Shown piece after piece: positions 7,629-17,724 of a DNA stretch of 43,579 bases. The stretch comes from a virus: the IMG/VR virus record IMGVR_UViG_3300045988_049214; one strand, given 5' to 3'. The notes below the pieces were generated by a model, which was not told the origin of the DNA, did not search any database, and saw nothing but the letters and a program-made list of their open reading frames with translations. Within the stretch, counting starts at the first letter, position 1. Every line of letters starts with the position of its first letter. A program made the position numbers and the translations under genes.

Positions 7629-9077
7629 ATGAGAACGTATCAAGATTTAGAGAAGCTCGGCAAAAATGATATTGAACGGGGAAATTTCTGCCGATATGCC
7701 GTAAACTCTTTCATGGAATCAGAAGAATACAAGAATGCACGGTCTGGGGAAGCTTATTATTCGAAACATAACGAGACGATAGAACGGTTTCAGAAATTCC
7801 TGTACAGCCTGTCCGGTCGTAGGATTCCTGATCTGTTCAGCGCAAATTATAAGCTTAAAACGCTCTTTTTTAGACGTCTGATCATACAGCAGGTGCAGTA
7901 TGTGATAGGAAACGGCGTTACCTTGCAGAATAAGGACAACAAGGAGAAGCTTGGCCGAGATTTCGACTATAAGTTGCAGACTGCCGCAAAAAAGGCAATG
8001 GCTGCGGGTCGTGCCTTCGGGTTTTGGAACTACGATCATTTAGAGGTCTTCGGATATGCAGACACCCCTTCTTCTCCGGGCTTCTGTCCTCTCTACGACG
8101 AGGATACAGGAGAGCTGCGAGCTGGTATTCGATATTGGTTCAGAAACGAAGGAAAAAACAAGATTTTTAGAGCAACACTCTATGAAGATGAAGGCTATAC
8201 GGAATATATCAAGACAGGCAGCGAAGATGCGAAGGTTATGCAGCCTAGAAAGGGCTACAAGATCATCACGAAGTCTACAGAGGTACAAGGCATTGATGAT
8301 GTTTGTGAGGAAAACTATAGCAGCCTTCCAATCGTCTGCCTCTATGCGAATGATACGCATGAAAGCGAACTTGTAGGCATCCGTGAAAACATCGACTGCT
8401 ACGATTTTATCAAATCCGGCCTCGCAAATGATATTGATGATACATCCGGCTTCTACTGGATCCTTAAGAATGAGGGCGGAATGAAAGACGTTGACCTGGC
8501 TAAGTTCATACAGAGAATGAAGTCTGTACATGCTGCTGCCGTGGACGGTGATGAGGCAAGCATAGAAGCACATACCCTCGATGTGCCTTACGATGCACGA
8601 AAGACTATGCTTGAGCTACTCAGAAAGGACATCTATGAGGACTTTCAAGCTCTTGATGTCAATACCCTTTCTGCCGCACAGAAGACAGCGCAGGAGATTC
8701 AGGCAGCTTATCAGTCGCAGGATAACAAGTGCGCAGACTTCGAATACAACGTTATCGATTTCGTACAAAAAATTCTGGAACTGGCAGGCATCGACGATGA
8801 GCCAACTTTCGTCTGGAATAAGGTCACGAACCAGAACGAAGCACTGGATATGGTCCTTAAAGCTGCGGCTTATCTGTCGGATGAGTGCATTATTAAGCAC
8901 TTGCCTTTCCTGACTCCGGAAGAGGCCGACGAAGAGATTGACAAGCGAGAAAAAGAACAGCTGAATAGCTTCAATCTTGGAGGAGATAATCAGAACGGAG
9001 AAGGAGAAGAGGGAGACGGTGAAACCGGCGAAGGTGATGATCAAGGCGGACGGGGTGACAATGGGGATGATGAATAA
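7629..9077 (+). CDS. Portal protein (SPP1 gp6-like)
   Basis: Size (482 aa), position after terL, SPP1-portal-like N-terminal half, acidic Gly-rich tail. Confidence 0.8.
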   Translation: MRTYQDLEKLGKNDIERGNFCRYAVNSFMESEEYKNARSGEAYYSKHNETIERFQKFLYSLSGRRIPDLFSANYKLKTLFFRRLIIQQVQYVIGNGVTLQNKDNKEKLGRDFDYKLQTAAKKAMAAGRAFGFWNYDHLEVFGYADTPSSPGFCPLYDEDTGELRAGIRYWFRNEGKNKIFRATLYEDEGYTEYIKTGSEDAKVMQPRKGYKIITKSTEVQGIDDVCEENYSSLPIVCLYANDTHESELVGIRENIDCYDFIKSGLANDIDDTSGFYWILKNEGGMKDVDLAKFIQRMKSVHAAAVDGDEASIEAHTLDVPYDARKTMLELLRKDIYEDFQALDVNTLSAAQKTAQEIQAAYQSQDNKCADFEYNVIDFVQKILELAGIDDEPTFVWNKVTNQNEALDMVLKAAAYLSDECIIKHLPFLTPEEADEEIDKREKEQLNSFNLGGDNQNGEGEEGDGETGEGDDQGGRGDNGDDE

Positions 9078-10045
9078 TGTCGTATATAGAGGATTGGACA
9101 GAAGAAGAACTGAAAGCCCTTGAAAGAAAGCTAGACAAGCAATATCGAGAGGCGTGGAAAGACCTGAATGCAAAGGCCAGAGCCTACTTCCTCCGGTATG
9201 CGAAGCGGTGGGAAAAGGAATACAAGGCATATCAGGACGGCAAGTATACAACTAACGAATTTCGGCTGTGGGAACAATCTCAGTTGGCTAGAGGTCAGCA
9301 CTGGGACGATCTTCGAGACAAGATGGCAGAACGTCTTACGAATACGAATGTTATCGCTGCAAGCTATATAGAAGACGCAATCATTAATATATATTGCGAA
9401 AACTATAACTACGCTGCCTACACGGTCGAAGGATATGCGCAGAATTATATATCTAATATCCAGATGGGTGCCGACTCTGATTTGATGAATGAGGCGGTTC
9501 TGCGACGTTTGATTCTCAAAAATCCGCGTTTATTGCCGCTTCCTTCTGTTGATATTCCTAAAGATCAGCAATGGAACAAGAAGAAGCTACAAGCCTGCAT
9601 CATGCAAAGCATCCTGCAAGGCGAAGGCATCGGGAGCCTTGCAGACAGGTTTCAGCAGGTCGCGGCAATGAATCGTGCATCTGCGATAAGGAGCGCAAGG
9701 ACGGCGACGACAAGTGCACAGAACGGCGGAACATATGAAGCCTATACAGCTGCGGAGAAGATTGGCATACAGATTCAGGACGAGTGGATCGCTACACACG
9801 ATTACCGCACCCGTGACAGCCACAGGGCATTGGACGGTACAAGGGTTAAGCACGGGGAACGGTTCGCAAACGGCCTGCGCTTTCCGGGAGACATGCTATT
9901 CGGTACAGCAAGAGAACTGTATAACTGCCGATGCACTACACGGGCTATCATATCCGGCATCAATGACTCTGATCCTGTTGACCTGAGCCATTGGAGTGGC
10001 GGCGCAAAAGAATATGCAGCATGGAAAAGAGGAAAGAGGCGGTAA
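9077..10045 (+). CDS. Head morphogenesis / minor capsid protein (Mu F / SPP1 gp7 family)
   Basis: THDYRTRDSHRALDG...YNCRCT motif typical of the Mu F-like family; follows the portal gene. Confidence 0.8.
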   Translation: MSYIEDWTEEELKALERKLDKQYREAWKDLNAKARAYFLRYAKRWEKEYKAYQDGKYTTNEFRLWEQSQLARGQHWDDLRDKMAERLTNTNVIAASYIEDAIINIYCENYNYAAYTVEGYAQNYISNIQMGADSDLMNEAVLRRLILKNPRLLPLPSVDIPKDQQWNKKKLQACIMQSILQGEGIGSLADRFQQVAAMNRASAIRSARTATTSAQNGGTYEAYTAAEKIGIQIQDEWIATHDYRTRDSHRALDGTRVKHGERFANGLRFPGDMLFGTARELYNCRCTTRAIISGINDSDPVDLSHWSGGAKEYAAWKRGKRR

Positions 10046-10046
10046 G

Positions 10047-10469
10047 ATGTCAGGATTCGAGATGGTTGACAATGTGGATGCAGTCAAGGCCTTGTTTGAG
10101 GAAAAGTGCAACAAGGCCTTGGAAGAAATTGGACTGGCTGCGGAAGGGTATGCCAAGAAAAACATACAGAAAAAGATTATAACCGGAGCTACAACGCCCC
10201 GAACGGGCCGTCTGATGTCTAGCGTAACACACATCGTTGACGGGAAAGACTGCTATATCGGAACTAATGTTTCTTATGCTATCTATTTCGAAATGGGAAG
10301 CGGTACTCAGTCACCATACGGAAGAAGAAAAACCCCGTGGAAGTATCAGGATGCTAATGGAAACTGGCACATGACACACGGTATGCGTCCAAGGCCGTTC
10401 CTTAAACCGGCAGTGACGGAAAATTCAAGTAAATACGCAAACATCATAAAAGATATGATGGAAGGATAA
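10047..10469 (+). CDS. HK97 gp10-family protein
   Basis: TGRLMSSVTH...VSYAIYFEMGSG...RPRPFLKPA matches the gp10-family pattern. Unusual position before the scaffold gene. Confidence 0.55.
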   Translation: MSGFEMVDNVDAVKALFEEKCNKALEEIGLAAEGYAKKNIQKKIITGATTPRTGRLMSSVTHIVDGKDCYIGTNVSYAIYFEMGSGTQSPYGRRKTPWKYQDANGNWHMTHGMRPRPFLKPAVTENSSKYANIIKDMMEG

Positions 10470-10500
10470 GGGATTCGGCATTGTGCCGAGTCCCTTTTTT
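10470..10500 (+). terminator. Rho-independent terminator
   Basis: GGGATTCGGCA-TTG-TGCCGAGTCCC stem-loop followed by TTTTTT. Confidence 0.75.
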
Positions 10501-10513
10501 GCAGTTACGGTAG
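10498..10513 (+). promoter_or_regulatory. Conserved intergenic motif, copy 2 (TTTGCAGTTACGGTAG)
   Basis: Overlaps the terminator T-tract, about 100 nt upstream of the scaffold gene. Confidence 0.5.
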
Positions 10514-10610
10514 ATAAATACACAGTATATTGTGCCTATAGACTGCGAAGAATAGCGGTCGTTTTGCCCGTTAGCAAAGCGAAGCTACCAGAGAAGTGGA
10601 GGGAATAAAA

Positions 10611-11240
10611 ATGGCACTTAAAAGAAGTGAACTGAGAAAAATCGTCAAAGATGCCGACATGACAGATGAAGAAAAGCTGACGGCTGTGATGGACCTGCTG
10701 CACAGCGAGGTGGACGACCTCAAAGAAGAACAGGACGACTTAAAAGAACAGCTGAAGAAGGCACAGGATGATCTGAAAGATGCACAGAAAAATGGCGGTG
10801 GCGATGATTCCGAATGGAAAAAGAAATACGAAAGCGAGCGCGACGCTTTCAAAAAATTCAAAGATGATCAGACTGCTAAGGACAGCAGAGCGGCTAAAGA
10901 AGCGGCTTACAAGAAGCTTCTTGAAGAGTCAAAGGTGAGTGCCAAGACTATTGACAATGTGCTTAAAGTCACCAATTTTGAAGAAATTGAGCTGGACAAT
11001 AAAGGACAGATCAAGGATGCAGCTGAGGTCAAAAAGAAGATTGAATCAGATTGGTCAGGATTTATTGAATCTACACAGACAAAGGGCGCAAATGTCAAAA
11101 ATCCGCCAGCAAATGACGGAGTAACTGGAACATATACAAGCAGAGCTGAAGCCAGAAAGGACGTTAAATCAACAGCAGAAATGATTAAACGAATCAGAGA
11201 AAACAAGCAGCTCTATACATCTAAAGAATCTGGAGAATAA
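10611..11240 (+). CDS. Scaffolding protein (GP20-like)
   Basis: Charged coiled-coil protein directly upstream of the capsid gene; GGAGGGAA RBS. Confidence 0.75.
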   Translation: MALKRSELRKIVKDADMTDEEKLTAVMDLLHSEVDDLKEEQDDLKEQLKKAQDDLKDAQKNGGGDDSEWKKKYESERDAFKKFKDDQTAKDSRAAKEAAYKKLLEESKVSAKTIDNVLKVTNFEEIELDNKGQIKDAAEVKKKIESDWSGFIESTQTKGANVKNPPANDGVTGTYTSRAEARKDVKSTAEMIKRIRENKQLYTSKESGE

Positions 11241-11243
11241 AAA

Positions 11244-12119
11244 ATGGCAGTTGAAAAAAACTTGATCGTAACAACTGACTTGACCGATGCACAGATTAGA
11301 GAGATTGCGTTTACCGAAATGTTTACGGAAAATCTCAGAAAACTTCTTGAAGCACTTGGTGTTACAAGGAAGATTGCGAAGCAGTCAGGAAGTGTTTTAA
11401 AAACATACAAAGCGACAGGGACTCTTGAAAACGGAACTGTCGCAGAAGGTGAAGTTATTCCACTTTCTAAATACAAAATGAAAGTGGTAAATTACGGCGA
11501 AATCACGCTGAAAAAGTGGAGAAAAGCAACAACAGCGGAATCTATCATTGCTTCTGGCTTTGAACAGGCTGTCACGCTGACTACAGACAGAATGATGAAG
11601 GACATCCAGAACAATATCAGAAAGGATTTCTTTACATTCCTCGGAACTGGAACAGGAACAGCCGCAGGTGTAGGTCTTCAGTCAACGCTTGCACAGACAT
11701 GGGGACAGCTTCAGACATTGTTTGAGGACAACGCCATAGAAGCAGTTTACTTCATTAATCCGCTGGACATTGCTGACTATTTAGCTACAGCTCAGATCAC
11801 AACACAGACCGCATTCGGTATGAGTTATATCGAAAACTTCCTCGGAATGGGCACTGTATTTATGAACAGCTCTGTTCCAAAAGGCAAGATTTACGCGACA
11901 GCAAAAGACAACATTGTTCTCTACTACGTCCCTGTCAATGGCGCTGATCTTGGCGAAGCGTTCAGTTTTACGAGTGACGAAACAGGCCTGATCGGTATCC
12001 ATGAAGATTCTGAATATAAAAATCTTACTTGTGAAGATGTCATCGTCAGCGGACTGACACTGTTTGCGGAAATGTTAAACGGTATCGTCATTGGTACAAT
12101 CACAGCGGTATCAGCTTAA
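11244..12119 (+). CDS. Major capsid protein
   Basis: 291 aa, directly after the scaffold gene, in the strongly conserved gene order. Confidence 0.75.
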   Translation: MAVEKNLIVTTDLTDAQIREIAFTEMFTENLRKLLEALGVTRKIAKQSGSVLKTYKATGTLENGTVAEGEVIPLSKYKMKVVNYGEITLKKWRKATTAESIIASGFEQAVTLTTDRMMKDIQNNIRKDFFTFLGTGTGTAAGVGLQSTLAQTWGQLQTLFEDNAIEAVYFINPLDIADYLATAQITTQTAFGMSYIENFLGMGTVFMNSSVPKGKIYATAKDNIVLYYVPVNGADLGEAFSFTSDETGLIGIHEDSEYKNLTCEDVIVSGLTLFAEMLNGIVIGTITAVSA

Positions 12120-12135
12120 ATAAAAAGGAGGGTTG

Positions 12136-12552
12136 ATGATGATTTCTGAGGTAATGAGACATATCCGGAATTACTTCCAAACAGGGGAGTATATCGACGG
12201 GACCTATACGATTCAGGATGGCACCATTGACCTTCCTTTTCTGCTTGACGGACAGTATTTCTTACTTGAAGGTTCTGTGCTGAATGACGGGGTGTACCAG
12301 TACCCGCCTTATGAGCTCGAAGATGAGACGTTCACCGGAACGATTGTTCCTCTGAAGCCTCCGAAAGCTTTCCTTAATCTCTGCGAGGATATCGCACAGT
12401 ATGTAGAGAAGTATGGCGGCAGCAATGTCGGGCCGTACTCTAGCGAGTCATTCGGAGGATACACATATACCCGCGCAACGAATCAGAATGGCTCTCCGCA
12501 GACATGGAAAGATGTGTTTGCGAGCCGATTAAACGAATGGAGGAAGGTCTAA
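12136..12552 (+). CDS. Head-tail connector/adaptor protein (gp15/gp6-like position)
   Basis: Position and size; AGGAGGG RBS. Confidence 0.55.
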   Translation: MMISEVMRHIRNYFQTGEYIDGTYTIQDGTIDLPFLLDGQYFLLEGSVLNDGVYQYPPYELEDETFTGTIVPLKPPKAFLNLCEDIAQYVEKYGGSNVGPYSSESFGGYTYTRATNQNGSPQTWKDVFASRLNEWRKV

Positions 12553-12902
12553 TGAGCTTGATTGAAAACATGATGGTTCCTTTTTGCTTCGTCGAAAAGA
12601 AACGTACACCAGACGGCGCAGGCGGCTTCCTTTCTGAGTGGACAGACGGCGCAGAATTCAATGCAGCTCTTACTCTTAACACCACCATGGAAGCCCGCAA
12701 GGCCGAACATGACGGCATGACGAGCGTATACACAGTGACTACAAGCAGAAACATTCATCTGGATTATCACGATGTTATCCGCCGTCTCTCTGACGGCAAA
12801 ACGTTCCGAATTACATCTGATTCTTCAGACAAGATGTCTCCGACTGTATCGACACTGGACATCGCACAGTCAACGGCGGAGAGATGGGAGCTGACACAAT
12901 GA
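12552..12902 (+). CDS. Head closure / head-tail joining protein (gp16-like)
   Basis: Position, size and TAATG coupling with the upstream gene. Confidence 0.55.
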   Translation: MSLIENMMVPFCFVEKKRTPDGAGGFLSEWTDGAEFNAALTLNTTMEARKAEHDGMTSVYTVTTSRNIHLDYHDVIRRLSDGKTFRITSDSSDKMSPTVSTLDIAQSTAERWELTQ

Positions 12903-13267
12903 CAACAGGCGAAGCATTATATAAGTTTTTTAACTCTTTTGGAATAACGGCATATCCTACGACATCTGTCCCGGATGATGTCGTTTTTCCGTATATGACA
13001 TACGATTATTACGACGGCTTCTTCGGAGATGCAGAGCAACCTATAACTGCATCCCTGTGGTTCTATACGACTTCTGAGCTGATTCCGAACAAGAAAGCGG
13101 ATGAGATTGCAGCAGCTATCGGACGAGGCGGAAAAGTAGTAGCCTGCGATGGCGGAGCAGTATGGCTCAAGCGTGGGGAACCTTGGTGTAATGCCCTGTT
13201 AGATGATGGGGATACATCAATTAAGAGACGTCTACTTAATATTACAGCTGAATTTTTGAAGGGGTGA
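12899..13267 (+). CDS. Tail completion/terminator-type protein (gp17/DUF3168-like position)
   Basis: Position, size and ATGA coupling. Confidence 0.5.
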   Translation: MTTGEALYKFFNSFGITAYPTTSVPDDVVFPYMTYDYYDGFFGDAEQPITASLWFYTTSELIPNKKADEIAAAIGRGGKVVACDGGAVWLKRGEPWCNALLDDGDTSIKRRLLNITAEFLKG

Positions 13268-13273
13268 TAGAAA

Positions 13274-13846
13274 ATGAAATTCACAAAAATTCCCGAAAAT
13301 ACATTCAAAGAATTGCAGATGAACACAGGCGTTCTGTGTGATACATTCACACCGGCAAGCGGCACTATCGGGAATATTCTTGGTGCTACTACAGGAGGTA
13401 TCAGCTTCGCGGATGCCCTTACATTTACGGATTTCGGCGAAGATATCGACAATTGCCCGAAAAATACGATGGAACTGAAGCGTCTGGACAGCCATGAAGT
13501 CACGCTATCCGGCACGTACGTTACGGCCACAGCGGCAAGCGTCAAAAAACTCATGGCTGTTGCGGACATCGACAGCGTAGACGAGACGAAGATCACGCCG
13601 AGAAACGACGTGAAGCTGGCGGACTATGGAGATGTCTGGTGGGTCGGCGACTATTCCGATAAAAACGACGATTCAAACGGCGGTTTTATCGCTATACATC
13701 TGATTAACGCCCTTTCTACAGGCGGTTTTCAGCTGACTACAAGCGACAAATCAAAGGGACAGATGGCATTCACATACACAGGACATTACAGCATCGACGA
13801 ACCGGACAAAGTGCCTTACGAAGTGTATGTATCTGCCGGTAAATAA
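13274..13846 (+). CDS. Major tail protein
   Basis: 190 aa, immediately upstream of the chaperone pair and tape measure gene. Confidence 0.7.
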   Translation: MKFTKIPENTFKELQMNTGVLCDTFTPASGTIGNILGATTGGISFADALTFTDFGEDIDNCPKNTMELKRLDSHEVTLSGTYVTATAASVKKLMAVADIDSVDETKITPRNDVKLADYGDVWWVGDYSDKNDDSNGGFIAIHLINALSTGGFQLTTSDKSKGQMAFTYTGHYSIDEPDKVPYEVYVSAGK

Positions 13847-13863
13847 GAAAGGAATGAGATAAT

Positions 13864-14280
13864 ATGAAGAAGCTTTCAGAAATCACAATGGAGCAGGGAC
13901 TTGATATCGTTGCAGATATCCTTGTTCCGATCATGAACATTGCCGAAGACGATACAGCAAGAGATTTTTTCACAAAGGAAAAGCCACAGGAAGGTGAAAA
14001 TGCGATCCAGATGGCATTGCGCCGGATCAAGTCAAGCCTTCCAGTCCTTATCAAAAAGCATAAGGAAGACCTGATCGTCATCATGGCAGCTCTTAACACG
14101 CAGACTGTAGACGAATACAAGCATTCAAAAGGCTTCATGGGCCTTGTAAAAGACGTAGTGTCACTTGCGAATGATGATGACTTACAGGGGCTTTTTACAT
14201 CAGCAGAGTCAGAGAATATCAGCGAATCGTCTGGCTCTGCGTCGGAGAATACAGAGGGCGCAGCGTTAAAGGGTTTATAG
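13864..14280 (+). CDS. Tail assembly chaperone (gpG-like)
   Basis: Acidic 138-aa protein directly upstream of the tape measure gene; contains a slippery site near its 3' end. Confidence 0.75.
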   Translation: MKKLSEITMEQGLDIVADILVPIMNIAEDDTARDFFTKEKPQEGENAIQMALRRIKSSLPVLIKKHKEDLIVIMAALNTQTVDEYKHSKGFMGLVKDVVSLANDDDLQGLFTSAESENISESSGSASENTEGAALKGL

Positions 14281-14504
14281 GCTTTACAGTAGCCCGTATT
14301 CAGCAAGATATTGAAATAAAGGCGTATAGAATATATGTGACAGACAGCCTCCTGTGTGGTCTCAACGCCTTCAGAAAAGAGCCGATTCTGCAAAGATATG
14401 CTGACGTTATAGAAGGTAAAACAAAAGAAGAAGACACCCGTTCCGGTGATGAGATTGTCGCTGATCTGATGAGAAGGGCGGGGTTGAAATTTGAATCTTC
14501 TTGA
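14268..14504 (+). CDS. -1 frameshift extension of the tail assembly chaperone (gpT-like)
   Basis: Heptamer A_AAG_GGT at 14268-14274. The -1 frame is open from 14181 to the TGA at 14502-14504 and encodes ...AYRIYVTDSLL...DEIVADLMRRAGLKF, which is typical of G-T extensions. Confidence 0.7.
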   Translation, partial: KGFIGFTVARIQQDIEIKAYRIYVTDSLLCGLNAFRKEPILQRYADVIEGKTKEEDTRSGDEIVADLMRRAGLKFESS

Positions 14505-16755
14505 ATTATATGCAAAACTGAGCCTTGACACAGGAGAATATGACAAAGGCTTGGATGATTCTAAAAGCAAAGCAAAATCGGCTGGCAGTTTCATCGCGTC
14601 CACTTTCGGGAAAGCTGCTGTGACGACCGCTAAGACGGTAGCGGCGGCGTATGGAACGATTCAAGCCGGTATTGCTGTTGTTACAAAAAAATCGCTCGAT
14701 GCATATTCGAGCTATGAGCAGCTCACTGGCGGTGTCCAGACTCTGTTTGGCGCCGGAGGGCAGAGCCTGAAAGAATACGCAAAGAGCGTAGATAGTACGG
14801 TCGATAACGCGAAAGATAAATATAAAAGTCTCATGTCTGCGCAAAATGCAGTGATGAAAGCAGCTGCGGGAGCCTATAAGACGGCCGGCATGTCGGCAAA
14901 CACCTACATGGAAACCGTCACAAGCTTCTCTGCATCGTTGATTCAGGGTCTTAGCGGAGACACCGAAGCGGCGGCGAAAGAAGCCGACAGAGCCATCACG
15001 GACATGAGCGACAACGCCAACAAGATGGGCACGAATATTCAGGATATTCAGAACGCCTATTCCGGATTTGCGAAACAAAATTACACAATGCTCGACAACC
15101 TGAAGCTCGGTTATGGCGGTACTCAGGCCGAAATGGTCAGGCTGATCAACGATTCCGGCATCCTGAATAAGACTATCGAAGACTTAGACGGCATCACATT
15201 CGACCAGATTGTCGATGCAATTCACGAAGTCCAGACCAATATGGGAATCACGGGAACAACAGCGAAAGAAGCAGCAACCACCATTGAGGGCTCGATCAAT
15301 TCTGCAAAAGCATCCTTGGATAACCTTCTGACTGGTATAGCAGACGAAAACCAAGATGTATCCGAGCTGACTAAACAGCTCATCGAAAGTGCCGAGGTGG
15401 CAGCTAGCAATGTCCTTCCGAGAATTCTTCAGATTTTCAAGGGCATTGGAGAGGCAGCGCAGGACATTGGCCCTGTCATTGTAGAGAAGCTTCCCGGCGT
15501 TGTGACAGAAGTTGTTCCGGCGTTCTTCAGTGCTGGACAGTCGATGATGAAAGCTATCGGTTCGGCCATTGTCGAAAATGCACCTGATGTCATTGAATTC
15601 GGCATTGAGACCCTGTCCGACCTGTGGGAGTCCGGTGGAAAGGACTTCATCGAAACAGGAAAAGACACGGCTGTTGAGCTTCTGAAAAAGCTCAGTGAGG
15701 GGCTTGTCGATGGTATCCCGACATTCTTAGAGAATGTGTTGCCGATGCTGGAACAGTTCACGGAGTACATTCGAGAGAACTCCGGAACGGTCATAGATGC
15801 CGGATTGGAATTAATTAAGAATCTGGCGCAGGGATTAATCAACAGCCTGCCGCTTCTTATCGAGTATGTTCCGCAGATTGTTATTAATATTGCGGAAATC
15901 ATCAACGAAAATGCTCCGAAAATCCTTATGGCCGGCGTTGATCTGATCGTAATGCTTGTGACCGGCATTATTCAGGCTATTCCGACATTGATCGAGAATA
16001 TTCCGAAAATTATTGAAGCTATCGTTTCGGTATGGACAGCATTTAATTGGCTGAATCTCGGCAAAAATGTCCTTGACGGTGTTATCAACGGCATTAAGTC
16101 ACTGCCTTCGAAGGCGAAAGGAATCATCAAAAATGCTGTATCTAATATCAAGTCGACATTTACAGGAGGCGGCATCGAAAGCGTTGTGAGTCGTATCTTT
16201 TCGAATGTGAAAAACTTCATCACGTCTCCTATTAAAAATGCGATAGCGACAGTTAAGAGCACTGTAGCAACTGTTACAAATCCGTTTGAGACAACCTTCA
16301 CGAAGGCTTTTAACATCGTAAAAGGTGCAATCGACAAGATTAAGGGCGTCTTTAAGTTCAGTTGGAGCCTGCCGCATTTGAAATTGCCTCATTTATCAAT
16401 TACCGGAAAATTTGGCATTAATCCGCCACAAGTTCCGCATTTTGGCATTGAATGGTATAAAAAGGCCATGGATAACGCAATGGTTCTGAGCGATGCGACC
16501 ATTTTTGGAGCGTCAGGAGGTCATTTGTTAGGCGGTGGAGAGGCAGGAAACGAGGTTGTAGCAGGAGAAGCGCATCTGATGGACATGATTAGAGAAGCCT
16601 CTGCCGAAGGCTCTAATGACGTTCTTGAAGCCATCCTGTCAGAGTTGATAAAGCTCAATAACGGCCTCTATGACAAGATTGTGAACGCTCTTAGGTCGAT
16701 GAACATTAAATTTGACGAGCGTGAGCTTGCAAGACTGGTGAAAAAATATGCTTGA
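14491..16755 (+). CDS. Tape measure protein
   Basis: 754 aa, Ala/Gly/Ile-rich and helical; position after the chaperones; TTG start. Confidence 0.85.
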   Translation: MNLLELYAKLSLDTGEYDKGLDDSKSKAKSAGSFIASTFGKAAVTTAKTVAAAYGTIQAGIAVVTKKSLDAYSSYEQLTGGVQTLFGAGGQSLKEYAKSVDSTVDNAKDKYKSLMSAQNAVMKAAAGAYKTAGMSANTYMETVTSFSASLIQGLSGDTEAAAKEADRAITDMSDNANKMGTNIQDIQNAYSGFAKQNYTMLDNLKLGYGGTQAEMVRLINDSGILNKTIEDLDGITFDQIVDAIHEVQTNMGITGTTAKEAATTIEGSINSAKASLDNLLTGIADENQDVSELTKQLIESAEVAASNVLPRILQIFKGIGEAAQDIGPVIVEKLPGVVTEVVPAFFSAGQSMMKAIGSAIVENAPDVIEFGIETLSDLWESGGKDFIETGKDTAVELLKKLSEGLVDGIPTFLENVLPMLEQFTEYIRENSGTVIDAGLELIKNLAQGLINSLPLLIEYVPQIVINIAEIINENAPKILMAGVDLIVMLVTGIIQAIPTLIENIPKIIEAIVSVWTAFNWLNLGKNVLDGVINGIKSLPSKAKGIIKNAVSNIKSTFTGGGIESVVSRIFSNVKNFITSPIKNAIATVKSTVATVTNPFETTFTKAFNIVKGAIDKIKGVFKFSWSLPHLKLPHLSITGKFGINPPQVPHFGIEWYKKAMDNAMVLSDATIFGASGGHLLGGGEAGNEVVAGEAHLMDMIREASAEGSNDVLEAILSELIKLNNGLYDKIVNALRSMNIKFDERELARLVKKYA

Positions 16756-17713
16756 TAAATTTTTTTACGAAAATAACAACGGTAAACGGGTCGTCTTCGG
16801 TGAAGGCGGCCTGTATGCTAATTATAACGACATACGAGATTACGAATGGTCGTATTCGGATGATAACAATATCATAGGCGGATTCTATAAGGAACCCGTT
16901 AAAAAGAGCCTTCCGATTGTTATTATAAAAAACTCCCTTTCTGAAAGAATAGCTGTTCGGAATAACCTTTTTGAAGTTTTCGAAAGTGATATTTTAGCAG
17001 GCAAAAAAGGACGTATATATATTGGCAAATGGTATCTAAAATGTTGGATTACTGCAATCGAAAATAGCAGCTATCTGATGCATAGAGACTTCACGAAGGC
17101 AGACCTGACCGTGATCACAGATGAACCGTTCTGGATAAAAGAAGAGCTATATTCTTACGGGGCTTTGAACACATCCGCAAGCGGCGGCGTTGATTTTCCT
17201 TTCGATCTCCCGGTCGACTTGCGGTCGGTGAATGTTGGACAGAATACCGTTTCAAATTCTCAAATCTTTCCTGCTGCATTCAAGATCACTGTGTACGGTC
17301 CATGCTCTAATCCGGTGATGATCAAGATTGGCGGCCATACGTATCAGGTCAATGTCGGTCTTAACTCAGGCGAAAACCTCGTTATTGACTCTATGAACAA
17401 GACGATCACTAAGGTTCTGCAAGACCGTGCTGAGACATCCGTGATGCGTTACAGGTACAAAAAAGAGAGCATTTTCGAAGAGATTCAGCCTGGTCATAAT
17501 GAACTCATATGGTCCGGAGATTTTGGATTTGACGTACTCTTATATCACAAGCGAAGTGAACCCGATTGGGAATCTCTTAATAACGATATCGGAAGCAGTG
17601 ATACACCTACACCGGCACCCGGTGGCAGTGAAACAGAAGATATGAGCGTTTACTTGCTCGATTCAAGCGGAGATCCGATTCTTGATTCTAATAACAATCG
17701 GATTGAATTGTAA
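16748..17713 (+). CDS. Distal tail protein (Dit-like)
   Basis: First gene after the tape measure gene; size 321 aa. Confidence 0.65.
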   Translation: MLDKFFYENNNGKRVVFGEGGLYANYNDIRDYEWSYSDDNNIIGGFYKEPVKKSLPIVIIKNSLSERIAVRNNLFEVFESDILAGKKGRIYIGKWYLKCWITAIENSSYLMHRDFTKADLTVITDEPFWIKEELYSYGALNTSASGGVDFPFDLPVDLRSVNVGQNTVSNSQIFPAAFKITVYGPCSNPVMIKIGGHTYQVNVGLNSGENLVIDSMNKTITKVLQDRAETSVMRYRYKKESIFEEIQPGHNELIWSGDFGFDVLLYHKRSEPDWESLNNDIGSSDTPTPAPGGSETEDMSVYLLDSSGDPILDSNNNRIEL

Positions 17714-17724
17714 GGGGGTACATC

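Noticed and set aside
14283-14293. TTTACAGTAGC resembling the conserved intergenic motif
   Set aside because: Only a 9-mer (TTACAGTAG) is shared, and it lies within the coding frameshift extension. A chance match is expected at roughly this length in about 87 kb of two-strand sequence.
13770-14603. 277-aa minus-strand ORF, and many other long antisense ORFs in the structural module (for example 8616-9251, 13063-13596, 15429-15968, 2768-3343)
   Set aside because: They are entirely antisense to well-supported, tightly packed + strand genes. They are Ser/Leu/Cys-rich shadow-frame products with no start context.
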